Shown here: positions 30,264-39,376 of the stretch, piece by piece
Numbering within the stretch: the first letter of the stretch is position 1
Layout: each line of letters opens with the position of its first letter
Notes under the pieces: generated by a model
What the model was told of the DNA's origin: nothing
Databases searched by the model: none
What the model saw: the letters and a program-made list of their open reading frames with translations, nothing else
Assembly: GCA_963731735.1 (NCBI GenBank)
Contig: CAVSWO010000002.1
Coordinates: forward strand, 529-64,528
Reading direction: 5' to 3'
Source: Candidatus Kerfeldbacteria bacterium
GTDB taxonomy: Bacteria; Patescibacteriota; Patescibacteriia; SBBC01; CAIJZX01
Length of the DNA: 64,000 bases
Made by a program: the position numbers and the translations under genes

Positions 30264-30722
30264 ATGCGTTTCATGCAAGTCAGTTTGGCCAGCATGCTGC
30301 TCGTGGCCCTGACCGGTTGCGCCGCCAATTGGCAGTCGATGGGAATCGGACTTTCCGGTTCTCCGAATCCGCCGTACGTGCACGCCGATCTGCCGATCGC
30401 GCAGGCGCTGCAGGTGTTTTCGACGCCTCGACTTGAGGTGCGCGACTGCAACGGCGGTTGGCCGACGGTCAACCAGCGCTGGTTTCTCAGCGGTACCCAG
30501 GGTGCGCAAACGTTTCGTCTGGTTCCCGGCGGTCGAGTTATCTCGGCCGAAGCCAACTACGACGGGCGGAAGATCCGACTGGGTAATGGTCACTGGGAGT
30601 TTTCAGTTCGTAACTTCCGAGACGGTGGCAACCGCTTACTGATTGTCCTGCTGACGATCCAGGAACCGGGCTACGCGCCGCGGTATTACGAGCTCGACTG
30701 TCTGGTATTCAATGGATACTAG
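30264..30722 (+). CDS. Putative lipoprotein
   Basis: AGGAGGT SD, lipobox LTGC. Confidence 0.65.
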   Translation: MRFMQVSLASMLLVALTGCAANWQSMGIGLSGSPNPPYVHADLPIAQALQVFSTPRLEVRDCNGGWPTVNQRWFLSGTQGAQTFRLVPGGRVISAEANYDGRKIRLGNGHWEFSVRNFRDGGNRLLIVLLTIQEPGYAPRYYELDCLVFNGY

Positions 30723-30757
30723 GTGGTCACCATCACTTCCGCTTCGGCGGATACATC

Positions 30758-30793
30758 AGAGGCGACACGAAGTCTGTGTCGCCTCTTTCTTTT
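30758..30793 (+). terminator. Intrinsic terminator
   Basis: AGAGGCGACAC/GTGTCGCCTCT stem followed by a T-rich tail. Confidence 0.8.
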
Positions 30794-30873
30794 ATTCATA
30801 AAAGTTGACAAAGAGTCAAAAACGTGCTAAAATAGCATTACAAAAGTAAAAAATAAAAACACATTTCATCCGT

Positions 30874-31602
30874 ATGGCGCTGAAAGAAATCCAAACAGCG
30901 GCTGTTCGCTTGGTACACGTGACTGATCCGAATGATCGGGATGTCGCGACGCTCCAGCAACGCTTTGCACTCCATCCTCATGACGCTGAGGCGATTTTAT
31001 CCGTGCATGAAGCGAATTCGATCCGACCGTATCGGGATTATGTCCACGCCGGTTGGCTGTGGCCGAACTATGATCGGGATTACAAGGACATCACCTTGGA
31101 TGAAGTCAGCGTTATCACCGGTCCGGCTACTCTGATTCTGGTTGACCGATCGAAAGCCGATTGGATGCAGGCCTTTATTGATCGCCGAATGCAACCGGAC
31201 CAGGTCGATTGGCAGGCTACGCCCCTGACGCTGCTCGGCGAACTGCTGATCCAACGCGCCCGCGAAACTGAACGCGAAGCAGAAATTTTCAGCCAGCAAG
31301 TCGCCACCTCAATCGGCGACCGTGACGCGGTGCTCTACGGCCAGGCCCTACTCGGATTATCAGACAGCCTGGAGCAGTTGGCTGACCATGCCGCAGCTCA
31401 AGGCGAGCAGGATGGTTTGGAGCTGTTACGGATTGCGGCGCATCGATTGAATCACCGGGGCCAACAACTCCTGGCGCTCCGCCGCCAAGCGGTTCGCCAG
31501 CCGCAGGCCAGTCCCTTCGTCCTGCCTAAAGTTGTCCACGGCTATGCGGTCGCTTCGGTTATCACCGCCCTGCTGGTCTTGGGTTTTATGATTGGACGCT
31601 AA
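30874..31602 (+). CDS. CorA-like cytoplasmic domain with a single C-terminal TM (degenerate)
   Basis: VHVTDP...LQQRFALHP.D pattern; no GMN motif. Confidence 0.55.
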   Translation: MALKEIQTAAVRLVHVTDPNDRDVATLQQRFALHPHDAEAILSVHEANSIRPYRDYVHAGWLWPNYDRDYKDITLDEVSVITGPATLILVDRSKADWMQAFIDRRMQPDQVDWQATPLTLLGELLIQRARETEREAEIFSQQVATSIGDRDAVLYGQALLGLSDSLEQLADHAAAQGEQDGLELLRIAAHRLNHRGQQLLALRRQAVRQPQASPFVLPKVVHGYAVASVITALLVLGFMIGR

Positions 31603-31603
31603 C

Positions 31604-31738
31604 ATGAAAAAGACGCAAACCAAACTCACTGAACCAACGCTGGCCTTAAAAATTTCGGTCGGCTTCTTATTGGCCACCGGCATCGCCAGTTTACTTTTAG
31701 CAGCAATCGGGACGGTCTTAGTCTGGATCCGCGCCTAA
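31604..31738 (+). CDS. 44-aa single-TM protein (below the ORF-track cutoff)
   Basis: MKKTQTKLTEPTLALKISVGFLLATGIASLLLAAIGTVLVWIRA*; fills the gap between neighbours exactly. Confidence 0.65.
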   Translation: MKKTQTKLTEPTLALKISVGFLLATGIASLLLAAIGTVLVWIRA

Positions 31739-31747
31739 ACTTTCGTT

Positions 31748-32782
31748 ATGCAACTCCTCGTCGACCAACTCACCACACCCTCCGGACTGCTGCTGCTGTT
31801 CGGCTTCGCCGCCATCTTCATGTTTTTCGGCGTCGTCTTGCTGCGTGAATCAAACCGGGAAAAAATTCGCGGTTCGATATTGCATCTCTACTCCCAGGAC
31901 CTGACCGCCCTGGCCCGTCAAAATAAACTTGATCCGGTCATCGGTCGCGAACATGAAATCAATCGGGTGATTCAAATACTTTCGCGCCGAACGAAAAACA
32001 ATGCAGTCTTAGTCGGAAACTCCGGGGTCGGAAAAACCGCCATCGCCGAAGGCTTGGCGATCAAAATTGTGCATGGCGAAGTGCCGGGTCCGATTCGCAA
32101 CAAGCGGATTTTGTCGCTCGACTTATCCGGCTTAGTGGCCGGTACCAAGTACCGTGGTGAATTTGAAAAACGTCTGAAGGCGATCATGGATGAAGTCATC
32201 GCTTCGCAACGGGAAATTATTTTGTTTATCGATGAGTTACACACCTTAGCGGAAGCCGGCGAAGCCAGCGGCGCGATTGACGCGGCCGATATTTTGAAAC
32301 CGGCCTTGGCCCGCGGCGAACTGCAAGCCATCGGCGCGACCACCGAACAAGAATATCAAGATTACATTATGCAAGACGTGACGCTTGAACGCCGCTTCCA
32401 ACCGGTCATGGTGAATGAACCGGATGAAACCGAGACGCTGGAAATTTTGAAAGGTTTGCGCAGTCGCTACGAACAACATCATCATGTAAAAATTGATGAC
32501 GCGGCATTATCGGCGGCGGTTACCACCGCGGACAAATTGTTACCCGACCGTCACTTCCCGGATAAAGCGATTGACGCCATGGATGAAGCCTCGGCTAAAG
32601 TTCGCTTGGCCGCTATTCAAACTGGAAATCACCAAGAAGTTCCGCACGTCACCGCCAACGACGTGACAGGCGTGCTCGAAGAATGGGCCCGTGACCTTGC
32701 CTGCTTTGCGCAGGATCACGAGCCGAAAGGTCGAGCTCCGGCCGAGGGATCGGTTCACTCCCCCGCCCCCGGAGATAACTAA
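31748..32782 (+). CDS. ClpB/ClpC-like ATPase, NBD1 only, with an N-terminal TM helix
   Basis: [53 protein letters not shown] motifs. Confidence 0.9.
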   Translation: MQLLVDQLTTPSGLLLLFGFAAIFMFFGVVLLRESNREKIRGSILHLYSQDLTALARQNKLDPVIGREHEINRVIQILSRRTKNNAVLVGNSGVGKTAIAEGLAIKIVHGEVPGPIRNKRILSLDLSGLVAGTKYRGEFEKRLKAIMDEVIASQREIILFIDELHTLAEAGEASGAIDAADILKPALARGELQAIGATTEQEYQDYIMQDVTLERRFQPVMVNEPDETETLEILKGLRSRYEQHHHVKIDDAALSAAVTTADKLLPDRHFPDKAIDAMDEASAKVRLAAIQTGNHQEVPHVTANDVTGVLEEWARDLACFAQDHEPKGRAPAEGSVHSPAPGDN

Positions 32783-32845
32783 GGTGAACTATTCGTCCGT
32801 TATCCTCCGGAGACGGACGAAAAATCACAAATAAAAAATAAAAAT

Positions 32846-33037
32846 ATGGAACAATCTATGAATCCGGCGGTTCCGATGGATCCGCCCCAGCCGACGCCGA
32901 CTGAACCTTCGACTCCGACGATGAAACACGACCACTGGTTTGTCCAGATGGTCGGCGGCTTAACCATTGCCAACACGATTGTGTCGGCTCTAGCCATCTT
33001 CTGGGTCTTTATGGAATTCGGCCTGCCAACGGCCTAA
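32846..33037 (+). CDS. Small membrane protein
   Basis: Pro-rich N-terminus and hydrophobic C-terminus; followed by a terminator. Confidence 0.55.
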   Translation: MEQSMNPAVPMDPPQPTPTEPSTPTMKHDHWFVQMVGGLTIANTIVSALAIFWVFMEFGLPTA

Positions 33038-33056
33038 CGCACCTTGTCCTTCAACG

Positions 33057-33087
33057 GCCCCCGGGGTCCAATCTCGGGGGCTTTTTC
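33057..33087 (+). terminator. Intrinsic terminator
   Basis: GCCCCCGGG/CTCGGGGGC stem followed by TTTTT. Confidence 0.75.
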
Positions 33088-33113
33088 TGTTCGAAATATG
33101 CTACAATAGGCCC

Positions 33114-34493
33114 ATGCTGAAGCTCTATAATACGTTGACGCGTAAACTCGAAGCCTTCAAACCGCGCCAGGGGAAGCTGGTTGGGATGTATACCTGCGGA
33201 CCGACCGTATATAACACCGCTCATCTCGGCAATCTTCGGACCTATATTTTTGAAGATATTTTACGTCGAACGCTAGAATTTGATGGGTACACCGTCAAGC
33301 ATGTCATGAATGTGACCGATGTCGGGCATTTAACCAGCGACGCGGATACCGGCGAAGATAAAATTGAGGCCCAGGCCAAAAAAGATCACCAGTCTGCGCA
33401 CGATATCGCGGCCGTGCACGCCAAAGAATTTTTTCTCGATTTAACTCGGCTGAATATTTTGAAGCCGACGACGGTACTCTATGCCACCAAAACCATTGAT
33501 CTGCAAATCGCCTTGGTCGCGCAACTGGAAAAACAAGGGTATACTTACGTGACACCCGACGGCGTCTATTTCGATACCGCAAAGTTTTCACGGTATGGTC
33601 AACTCAGCGGCCAACGGGCTCAGGATAAAAAAGCTGGCGCCCGGGTGGAAATCAATCCCGATAAACACCACCCAAGCGATTTCGCGCTTTGGAAATTTTC
33701 CAAACCCGAAGATCACCGGCAAATGGAGTGGGACAGTCCCTGGGGTCGCGGTTTCCCGGGCTGGCACCTGGAGTGCTCCGCCATGTCGATGCACGAACTC
33801 GGTCCGCAATTCGATATCCACTGCGGCGGCGTTGATCATATTCCGGTCCACCATGAAAACGAAATTGCTCAAAGCGAAGCGGCGACTGGAAAACATCCGT
33901 TCGTGAAATACTGGCTGCACGGTGAATTTATGCAGCTGCCGGACAAGCGGATGGGGAAATCCGAGGGCAACGCGATTACCCTGCAGAACGTGATTGATAA
34001 AGGGATTGATCCTTTAGCGTTCCGGTATCTCGCACTCCAAACCCATTACCGCCAAAAAATGAATTTTAGTTGGGAGGCGTTGGAAGCGGCGGCTCAGGGC
34101 CTCAAAGATTTACAGGTACGCGTTTCCGACCTGGGCTCGGAAGCGAAAATTGGTTGCGCCGAATTTGAACAAGAATTTCAATCCTCCATCAATGATGATC
34201 TCAATACCGCCAAAGCACTGGCAGTCGTTCAAGAAACACTGAAATCGGAATATCCAAATCCCGCAAAACGGCAAAGCTTGAACATCATGGATCAGATTCT
34301 TGGGCTGGGTTTCCAGACACTTCAAAAACCAGAATTTACAATTCCGGCTGAGACACAAAACCTGCTTGATCAACGCGAGCAGGCCCGCCAGCAGGGTGAC
34401 TTTGTGATGGCGGATAAGCTCCGCGCACAAATCTTGAAAGCCGGGTACGCCATCGAGGATACCGAGCAGGGTCCGCGCTTGCGGAAAAAGTAA
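33114..34493 (+). CDS. cysS: Cysteine--tRNA ligase
   Basis: YTCGPTVY, HLGN, DFALWK, GFPGWHLECSAM, HHENE, RMGKS motifs. Confidence 0.97.
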   Translation: MLKLYNTLTRKLEAFKPRQGKLVGMYTCGPTVYNTAHLGNLRTYIFEDILRRTLEFDGYTVKHVMNVTDVGHLTSDADTGEDKIEAQAKKDHQSAHDIAAVHAKEFFLDLTRLNILKPTTVLYATKTIDLQIALVAQLEKQGYTYVTPDGVYFDTAKFSRYGQLSGQRAQDKKAGARVEINPDKHHPSDFALWKFSKPEDHRQMEWDSPWGRGFPGWHLECSAMSMHELGPQFDIHCGGVDHIPVHHENEIAQSEAATGKHPFVKYWLHGEFMQLPDKRMGKSEGNAITLQNVIDKGIDPLAFRYLALQTHYRQKMNFSWEALEAAAQGLKDLQVRVSDLGSEAKIGCAEFEQEFQSSINDDLNTAKALAVVQETLKSEYPNPAKRQSLNIMDQILGLGFQTLQKPEFTIPAETQNLLDQREQARQQGDFVMADKLRAQILKAGYAIEDTEQGPRLRKK

Positions 34494-34518
34494 AAACCAC
34501 GTACAGTAGCCCAGCTTT

Positions 34519-34695
34519 ATGTCTGCAAACTTTTGGCATTCATTGCCACGGCCAATCCTGGCGCTCGCACCGATGGAAGGGTCGAGCCGGTCGGCCGTAG
34601 GCCGAGCACATAAACTGCTTCATGTGCGACCGGCGAGACGGGCGCGGCGATGCTTCGCAGGAGCCGACGCGCCCCGGAAGGATTCATTGTCATGA
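34519..34695 (+). pseudogene. Displaced dus 5' fragment 1, reading through mini-element A (58 aa)
   Basis: MSANFWHSLPRPILALAPMEG then unrelated sequence; TGA overlaps the next ATG. Confidence 0.8.
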
Positions 34696-34930
34696 GTAAA
34701 GATTTTTGGAAAAAGTTACCAAAGCCAATACTAGCTTTAGCCCCGATGGAAGGGTCACGGCGGCCGATAGAGCGAGTGAACTGCTTCACTCGCGTGCCGC
34801 CGCGACGGGTGACGCTATGTTCCAAGGGAACGAGCGGCACCCGGGCCCCTGGAATTGGAGCGAGCATTTCATGAACAATTTTTGGAAATCACTCCCACGG
34901 CCAATCCTGGCGCTTGCTCCAATGGAAGGG
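34582..34930 (+). mobile_element. Two tandem ~175-bp structured mini-elements (34582-34754, 34755-34930), each carrying a replacement dus 5' end
   Basis: ATGGAAGGG core at 34573, 34746 and 34922; covarying stems; shared AACTGCTTCA and GACGGG motifs. Confidence 0.7.
34692..34874 (+). pseudogene. Displaced dus 5' fragment 2, reading through mini-element B (60 aa)
   Basis: MSKDFWKKLPKPILALAPMEG then unrelated sequence; TGA overlaps ATG 34871. Confidence 0.8.
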
Positions 34931-35891
34931 GTCAACGACACCGCTTTCCGGCAACTGTGTAAACAGCACGGCGCGGATTTGGTGTATACCGAATTCGTCG
35001 CGGCCGACGCGATTGTGCACGAAGCCAAACGTACCATGGGTCGCTTGCGATATGACCCGGCAGAACAGCCGGTGATTGCGCAAATCTTTGGGCGTAATCC
35101 TGAATCGTTTCGGGCGGCCGCCAAAGCGATTGACCAGATGGGTTTTGCCGGCTTGGATATTAATTTCGGCTGCCCGGCTCGTAAGGTAGTGCATCGCGGA
35201 GAAGGCGTGGCCCTGCTGCGCGAACCGGCATACGCGCGCCAGCTGATCGAAATCGCGCTCGAGAGTGTGACGATTCCGGTTTCGATCAAAATCCGGACCA
35301 GTATTCGGGCCGAACGGAAAGAAGTTCAAGACGGCGCCGAAAACCACACCGCCCTGGATTTTATTGAGGCCGTCGGAGATTTACCGATCGCAGCAGTAAT
35401 GATTCACGGCCGCGCTTTCGAGCAAGGTCATCAAGGCGATGTCGACACCGCCATGATCAAAGCCGTCAAACAACACTTCAACGGTCTGGTCTTAGCCAAC
35501 GGCGGGATATTCACTCCGGAACGGGTGGTCAGTATGCTGCAGGAAACCGGTGCCGACGGCGTCGGCATCGCGCGCGGGACCTGGGGCAGTCCCTGGATTT
35601 TTTCCCAAGCCCGGCAGTTGCTTACGACCGCGCGATTATGATCCGGTTTCCTGGGAGACGATCAAGCAGACCATGCTTGAGCATGCCCGGCTGAATTTTG
35701 AACTCAAGGGCGAGCATGGACTGGTCGAATTACGGAAACATCTGGCCAAGTATATTACCGGCTGGCACGGCGCCCGCCATTTCCGAGCCCAGGCAGTTCA
35801 GGTCAAAACACTCAACGATGTCGACCAACTCGTACAAGACATTGAAGCGCGCCGTGAAGTAGCGGCAAAACAAAAAACGGATTACAGATGA
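34871..35891 (+). CDS. dus: tRNA-dihydrouridine synthase (one frameshift near 35630)
   Basis: LAPMEG, YTEFV, QIFG, DINFGCP, IHGR, ANGG, IARG motifs; C-terminal ELRKHLAKY in a shifted frame. Confidence 0.92.
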
Positions 35892-35952
35892 TCGGACTCT
35901 GCCCGTCCTGAGTTACTCCCCTGGCTCACACCTGCTGCCGCGGCAGTTGGTG

Positions 35953-36549
35953 TTAAATTTCGTATTTATACTTTTTCTTCTCGGCCGCGCCGCCCTTTAT
36001 GAGAATCATGGCCACAATCGGCGCGATGATCCAGAAGAAGCGTCCGTTTTCCGAAACAAAGAGATTGCGCGTTAGTGGGGCTAAGCTAGTCGCCGCCGTG
36101 TCCGGCAGAAAAGATAAGGTGATAGAAATCAATAGACCGACGTGCAGAAAACTGAAGATCAAGGTTTGCCACCATGCGCCCTGGTTGTCCGACGAGGCCA
36201 CGGTCGATAACAAAGCCGAGCGCGACATCAGGAAGAACAGCGCGATAAAGACCACCACGAACATTGAAATACGAAAGACGAAAAACTGGTCAACGCCGAT
36301 ATCGGCCGAATAGTTACCAATATACGGAGCGGTGTTCACTACCGCTAAGGCCATATAGACCGAAACCAAGATGACCAACACCCGATCCCGACCGAGTGAT
36401 AAACCGTACAGCAGCGCGGCGATGATAAAGAACAGGATGATAAACAGATCCCAGGTCGGTTTTGACCAATCAATTGAAGCCACGTAATGTTGAGCGTCGG
36501 TGGCCTTTTGCGTCAGATCAACGGCCGCTAACGCGGTAACGGATTCCAT
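35953..36549 (-). CDS. Membrane protein (possibly CvpA-like)
   Basis: Five hydrophobic segments; PTWDLFI...LLYGLSLGR. Confidence 0.7.
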   Translation of the reverse strand: MESVTALAAVDLTQKATDAQHYVASIDWSKPTWDLFIILFFIIAALLYGLSLGRDRVLVILVSVYMALAVVNTAPYIGNYSADIGVDQFFVFRISMFVVVFIALFFLMSRSALLSTVASSDNQGAWWQTLIFSFLHVGLLISITLSFLPDTAATSLAPLTRNLFVSENGRFFWIIAPIVAMILIKGGAAEKKKYKYEI

Positions 36550-36601
36550 GTGTGTGTTTCTTTACACACCTAGTATAGCACAAATTTCTTCGGTCGGCAA
36601 C

Positions 36602-37702
36602 CTAGAGGCCGGCGGATTGCAATTCTTTCAGCAGTTTTTTCTGCTGGCCCGAAAGTTTACTCGGAATTTCCACCATCACGGTTACGAAATGGCTCCCCCG
36701 TCCGGTGCCGCGGATATTGACAAGCCCTTGATTCTTCAGGGAAAAAACTTTGCCGCTTTGGGTGCCGGCCGGAATTTTCAGGGTCTGGGTGGAGTCTAAG
36801 CCCGGGACTTCGACCGTGCCGCCCAGGGCAGCTTGCGTAATCGAAATGGTAATCGTTGAGAGGAGATCCGACCCACGGCGTTTGAAAACCGGATCGGGAG
36901 CCACGCGGACACGCAGATAGAGATCACCCGGCGGTGTACCGCGTCGGCCGGCTTCGCCTTTCCCGCTCAAGCGAATCTGCTGACCTGAATCTATGCCCGC
37001 CGGAATTTTGACCGTCAACCGGTCCATCAGCGACCGTCGACCCTCGCCATGACAAACCTTGCACGGTTTTTCGATAATCGTACCCTCGCCTTTACAGGTT
37101 GGGCAGACTTGGACCGTTTGCACGGTGCCCAAGAATGTTTGTTGGGCGCGTTGCACTTGGCCGCTGCCTTGGCAGGTGGCGCAGGTTTGGCGGTGACTGC
37201 CAGGTTCGGCACCTGCTCCTTTGCAGTGCTGACAAACGACCTGGTGCTTGAGTTCAATCGTTTGACTCCCGCCAAAAGCGGCCGTCCGAAAATCAATTGA
37301 TAATTCGGCTTCAATTTCCCGGCCGCGGGCTGGTTGCCGTTGCCCACGACTCGATCGACCGAATCCGAACAGATCGCCAAAAATGTCACCCATATCACCG
37401 AAGTCAACATTCCCGGTAAATCCGCCGCCGGCCGCGTTCCCCCAGGCCGACTGGCCGCCGAACCCGCCGAAGCCACCTTGGCGCTGGGCTTGTTCGGAGG
37501 TGGTACCAAATTGGTCGTACTGTTGACGCTTCGTTTGGTTACCTAAAACTTGATAGGCCTCGTTGACCTGCTTAAACTTCTCGGCGTCGCCGCCGGCTTT
37601 GTCGGGGTGCAGTTCATGAGCCTTCTTGCGAAATGCCTTCTTGATCTCATCCGCGCTGGCGGTGCGGGCAACTCCGAGAATCGAATAATAATCCTGAGCC
37701 AT
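36602..37702 (-). CDS. dnaJ: Chaperone DnaJ
   Basis: J domain with HPD, G/F-rich region, four CxxCxGxG repeats. Confidence 0.97.
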   Translation of the reverse strand: MAQDYYSILGVARTASADEIKKAFRKKAHELHPDKAGGDAEKFKQVNEAYQVLGNQTKRQQYDQFGTTSEQAQRQGGFGGFGGQSAWGNAAGGGFTGNVDFGDMGDIFGDLFGFGRSSRGQRQPARGREIEAELSIDFRTAAFGGSQTIELKHQVVCQHCKGAGAEPGSHRQTCATCQGSGQVQRAQQTFLGTVQTVQVCPTCKGEGTIIEKPCKVCHGEGRRSLMDRLTVKIPAGIDSGQQIRLSGKGEAGRRGTPPGDLYLRVRVAPDPVFKRRGSDLLSTITISITQAALGGTVEVPGLDSTQTLKIPAGTQSGKVFSLKNQGLVNIRGTGRGSHFVTVMVEIPSKLSGQQKKLLKELQSAGL

Positions 37703-37724
37703 ACTGCCGGCTACTCTACCATAA

Positions 37725-37751
37725 TTAGCACTCTCAATGCAAGAGTGCTAA
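37725..37751. promoter_or_regulatory. CIRCE operator upstream of dnaJ
   Basis: TTAGCACTC-tcaatgcaa-GAGTGCTAA, a perfect consensus match. Confidence 0.95.
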
Positions 37752-37829
37752 GCGGTCTCGGCCGGCCAATGGCTAGCTCCCCCGCTGTCTCCCAGCCCAG
37801 CCCAGGGCCGAGCCGATCTGTCCGGCCGA

Positions 37830-38945
37830 TTACTTGCCCCACTCCAATTTTTCAGCCGGGGCAGTATCATGGACCACGTGCAAAATACGGAGATGGCGAT
37901 ACAACCAGACCAACAGCCAACCAATCCAGGTGGCCGCGAATTGAAAGACGCCGGTTAGGATTTTCAAGATGAAAAACAGACCGAGGGCCAGCAACCACGG
38001 AACTACCGAAACATATTTTTTCACATACCGGTCGTATTGGCGGTTGACCAGTTCCGTCAGAAAAGAATGAATGGTCTGGGTATCACCGATATTTTGATTA
38101 AATTGATCGCTCAAAGCCTGCCGGATATTATCCGCAACTTGGGCCCGGGCCTGAACCAACTCTTGCTCCAGTTCAGATTCAAATTGCTGTCGCGATTCGT
38201 TCGGATCAATGGTGATATCGCTCGAAAACCCTTCGATCCCGCCCAGCCGATCATTGAGCGCCTGCTGTTTGTCGAGGCTGCTGGTTAACTGATCAAATTG
38301 GATGTCGTCAAGCAATTGATGGGCGGGCGGAATTTCTGTTTCGACTAGTTTGCTGAGCGTATAGTCCGGCTGGTAGCCGTCGATGAAATTTGGCAGGAAG
38401 CGTTCGATGACCGTCACGGCTTGGTCTGACAAATGCTGGCCCAACTCTTCGGGCGTGGAACTGGTTCCGCGGAGTTGCTGGTAATACAGTGTCGATACAC
38501 TCAACATCAAGAGCGTGACCATCAGCGGTAACGCCCAGCCAGCCGTCAAATGCGGTTTGACCAACAGCCGACTATGCGCGTCGCTGACAAAACGCTCCAG
38601 TGACCACCACAGCACCAGCCAGGTAAAGACCAGCACCCCAAGCGTCAGCCAAGTTAGCGGAAAAAATATCAGCAGCGGCAGGGCTGCCAGCAGCGCTCCC
38701 ACCAATCGGATCCAGCGCGCGCTGGCCACAAATCCGCTGGTCGTTAAGCCGCCCAGCCATAATCCAAAAGCGAAAAACCCGAAGATAATGAAGAACAGTA
38801 AATTCGGCAGGCTGGCGGTGGTGAAAGCCAGGTGGCCCTGGAGCGTTTGACTGACCACATACCACCAGCCGGCCGCGGCCGCCATACTCGGCGCCCAAAA
38901 CCACAGCAGTTTCGGGTTCCAGGGATTTTGTACCTCCGCCAGCAT
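37830..38945 (-). CDS. Polytopic membrane protein with a helical external domain
   Basis: Five N-terminal TMs, a soluble helical region, then a C-terminal TM. Confidence 0.75.
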   Translation of the reverse strand: MLAEVQNPWNPKLLWFWAPSMAAAAGWWYVVSQTLQGHLAFTTASLPNLLFFIIFGFFAFGLWLGGLTTSGFVASARWIRLVGALLAALPLLIFFPLTWLTLGVLVFTWLVLWWSLERFVSDAHSRLLVKPHLTAGWALPLMVTLLMLSVSTLYYQQLRGTSSTPEELGQHLSDQAVTVIERFLPNFIDGYQPDYTLSKLVETEIPPAHQLLDDIQFDQLTSSLDKQQALNDRLGGIEGFSSDITIDPNESRQQFESELEQELVQARAQVADNIRQALSDQFNQNIGDTQTIHSFLTELVNRQYDRYVKKYVSVVPWLLALGLFFILKILTGVFQFAATWIGWLLVWLYRHLRILHVVHDTAPAEKLEWGK

Positions 38946-38950
38946 CGGTG

Positions 38951-39232
38951 TTAGGCCTGAAATCCGAAATCGTTGGCCGGTGCGGCGGTGGCTTCCAACG
39001 GTCCGAATTGATGCTCGTATTTTTTCAGATTCTCTTCGAGCGCCTTCAGGAACCGTTTGGCATGGCTCGGGCTGGTGATCACTCGGCTAACCAGCTGTCC
39101 ATGCGGCGGCAGAACGTGCAAAAAGTCAAAGACGACTTCTTCCTTGGTGTGTGAGATCTGCACCATGTTGGTGTACTGGCCTTTTAGTACATCATCGCTG
39201 GCTTTGATTTGAATTTGTTGTGGTGAAGCCAT
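38951..39232 (-). CDS. DUF3467 family protein
   Basis: GQYTN...HTKEEVVFDF...SRVITSPSHAKR...ENLKKYEHQFG. Confidence 0.85.
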   Translation of the reverse strand: MASPQQIQIKASDDVLKGQYTNMVQISHTKEEVVFDFLHVLPPHGQLVSRVITSPSHAKRFLKALEENLKKYEHQFGPLEATAAPANDFGFQA

Positions 39233-39376
39233 AGAGATTTTGATTAACGAACGCGGGTAGTATAGCACCGCAATCCTCGCCTGCACAGCCGGTCTGTCCG
39301 CCGACACGATTCAAGAAAATTCTATCGATACAAAAACCGCCCGAGAAATTCGGGCGGTTTAAGCGTTCGAATGGTG

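Noticed and set aside
34706-34870. N-terminal extension of Dus in the ORF track (similar extensions for mutY, M23, hrcA, ybaK, DUF559, 57212)
   Set aside because: The extensions run through promoters, elements or neighbouring genes; homology and promoter/SD signals support the downstream starts.
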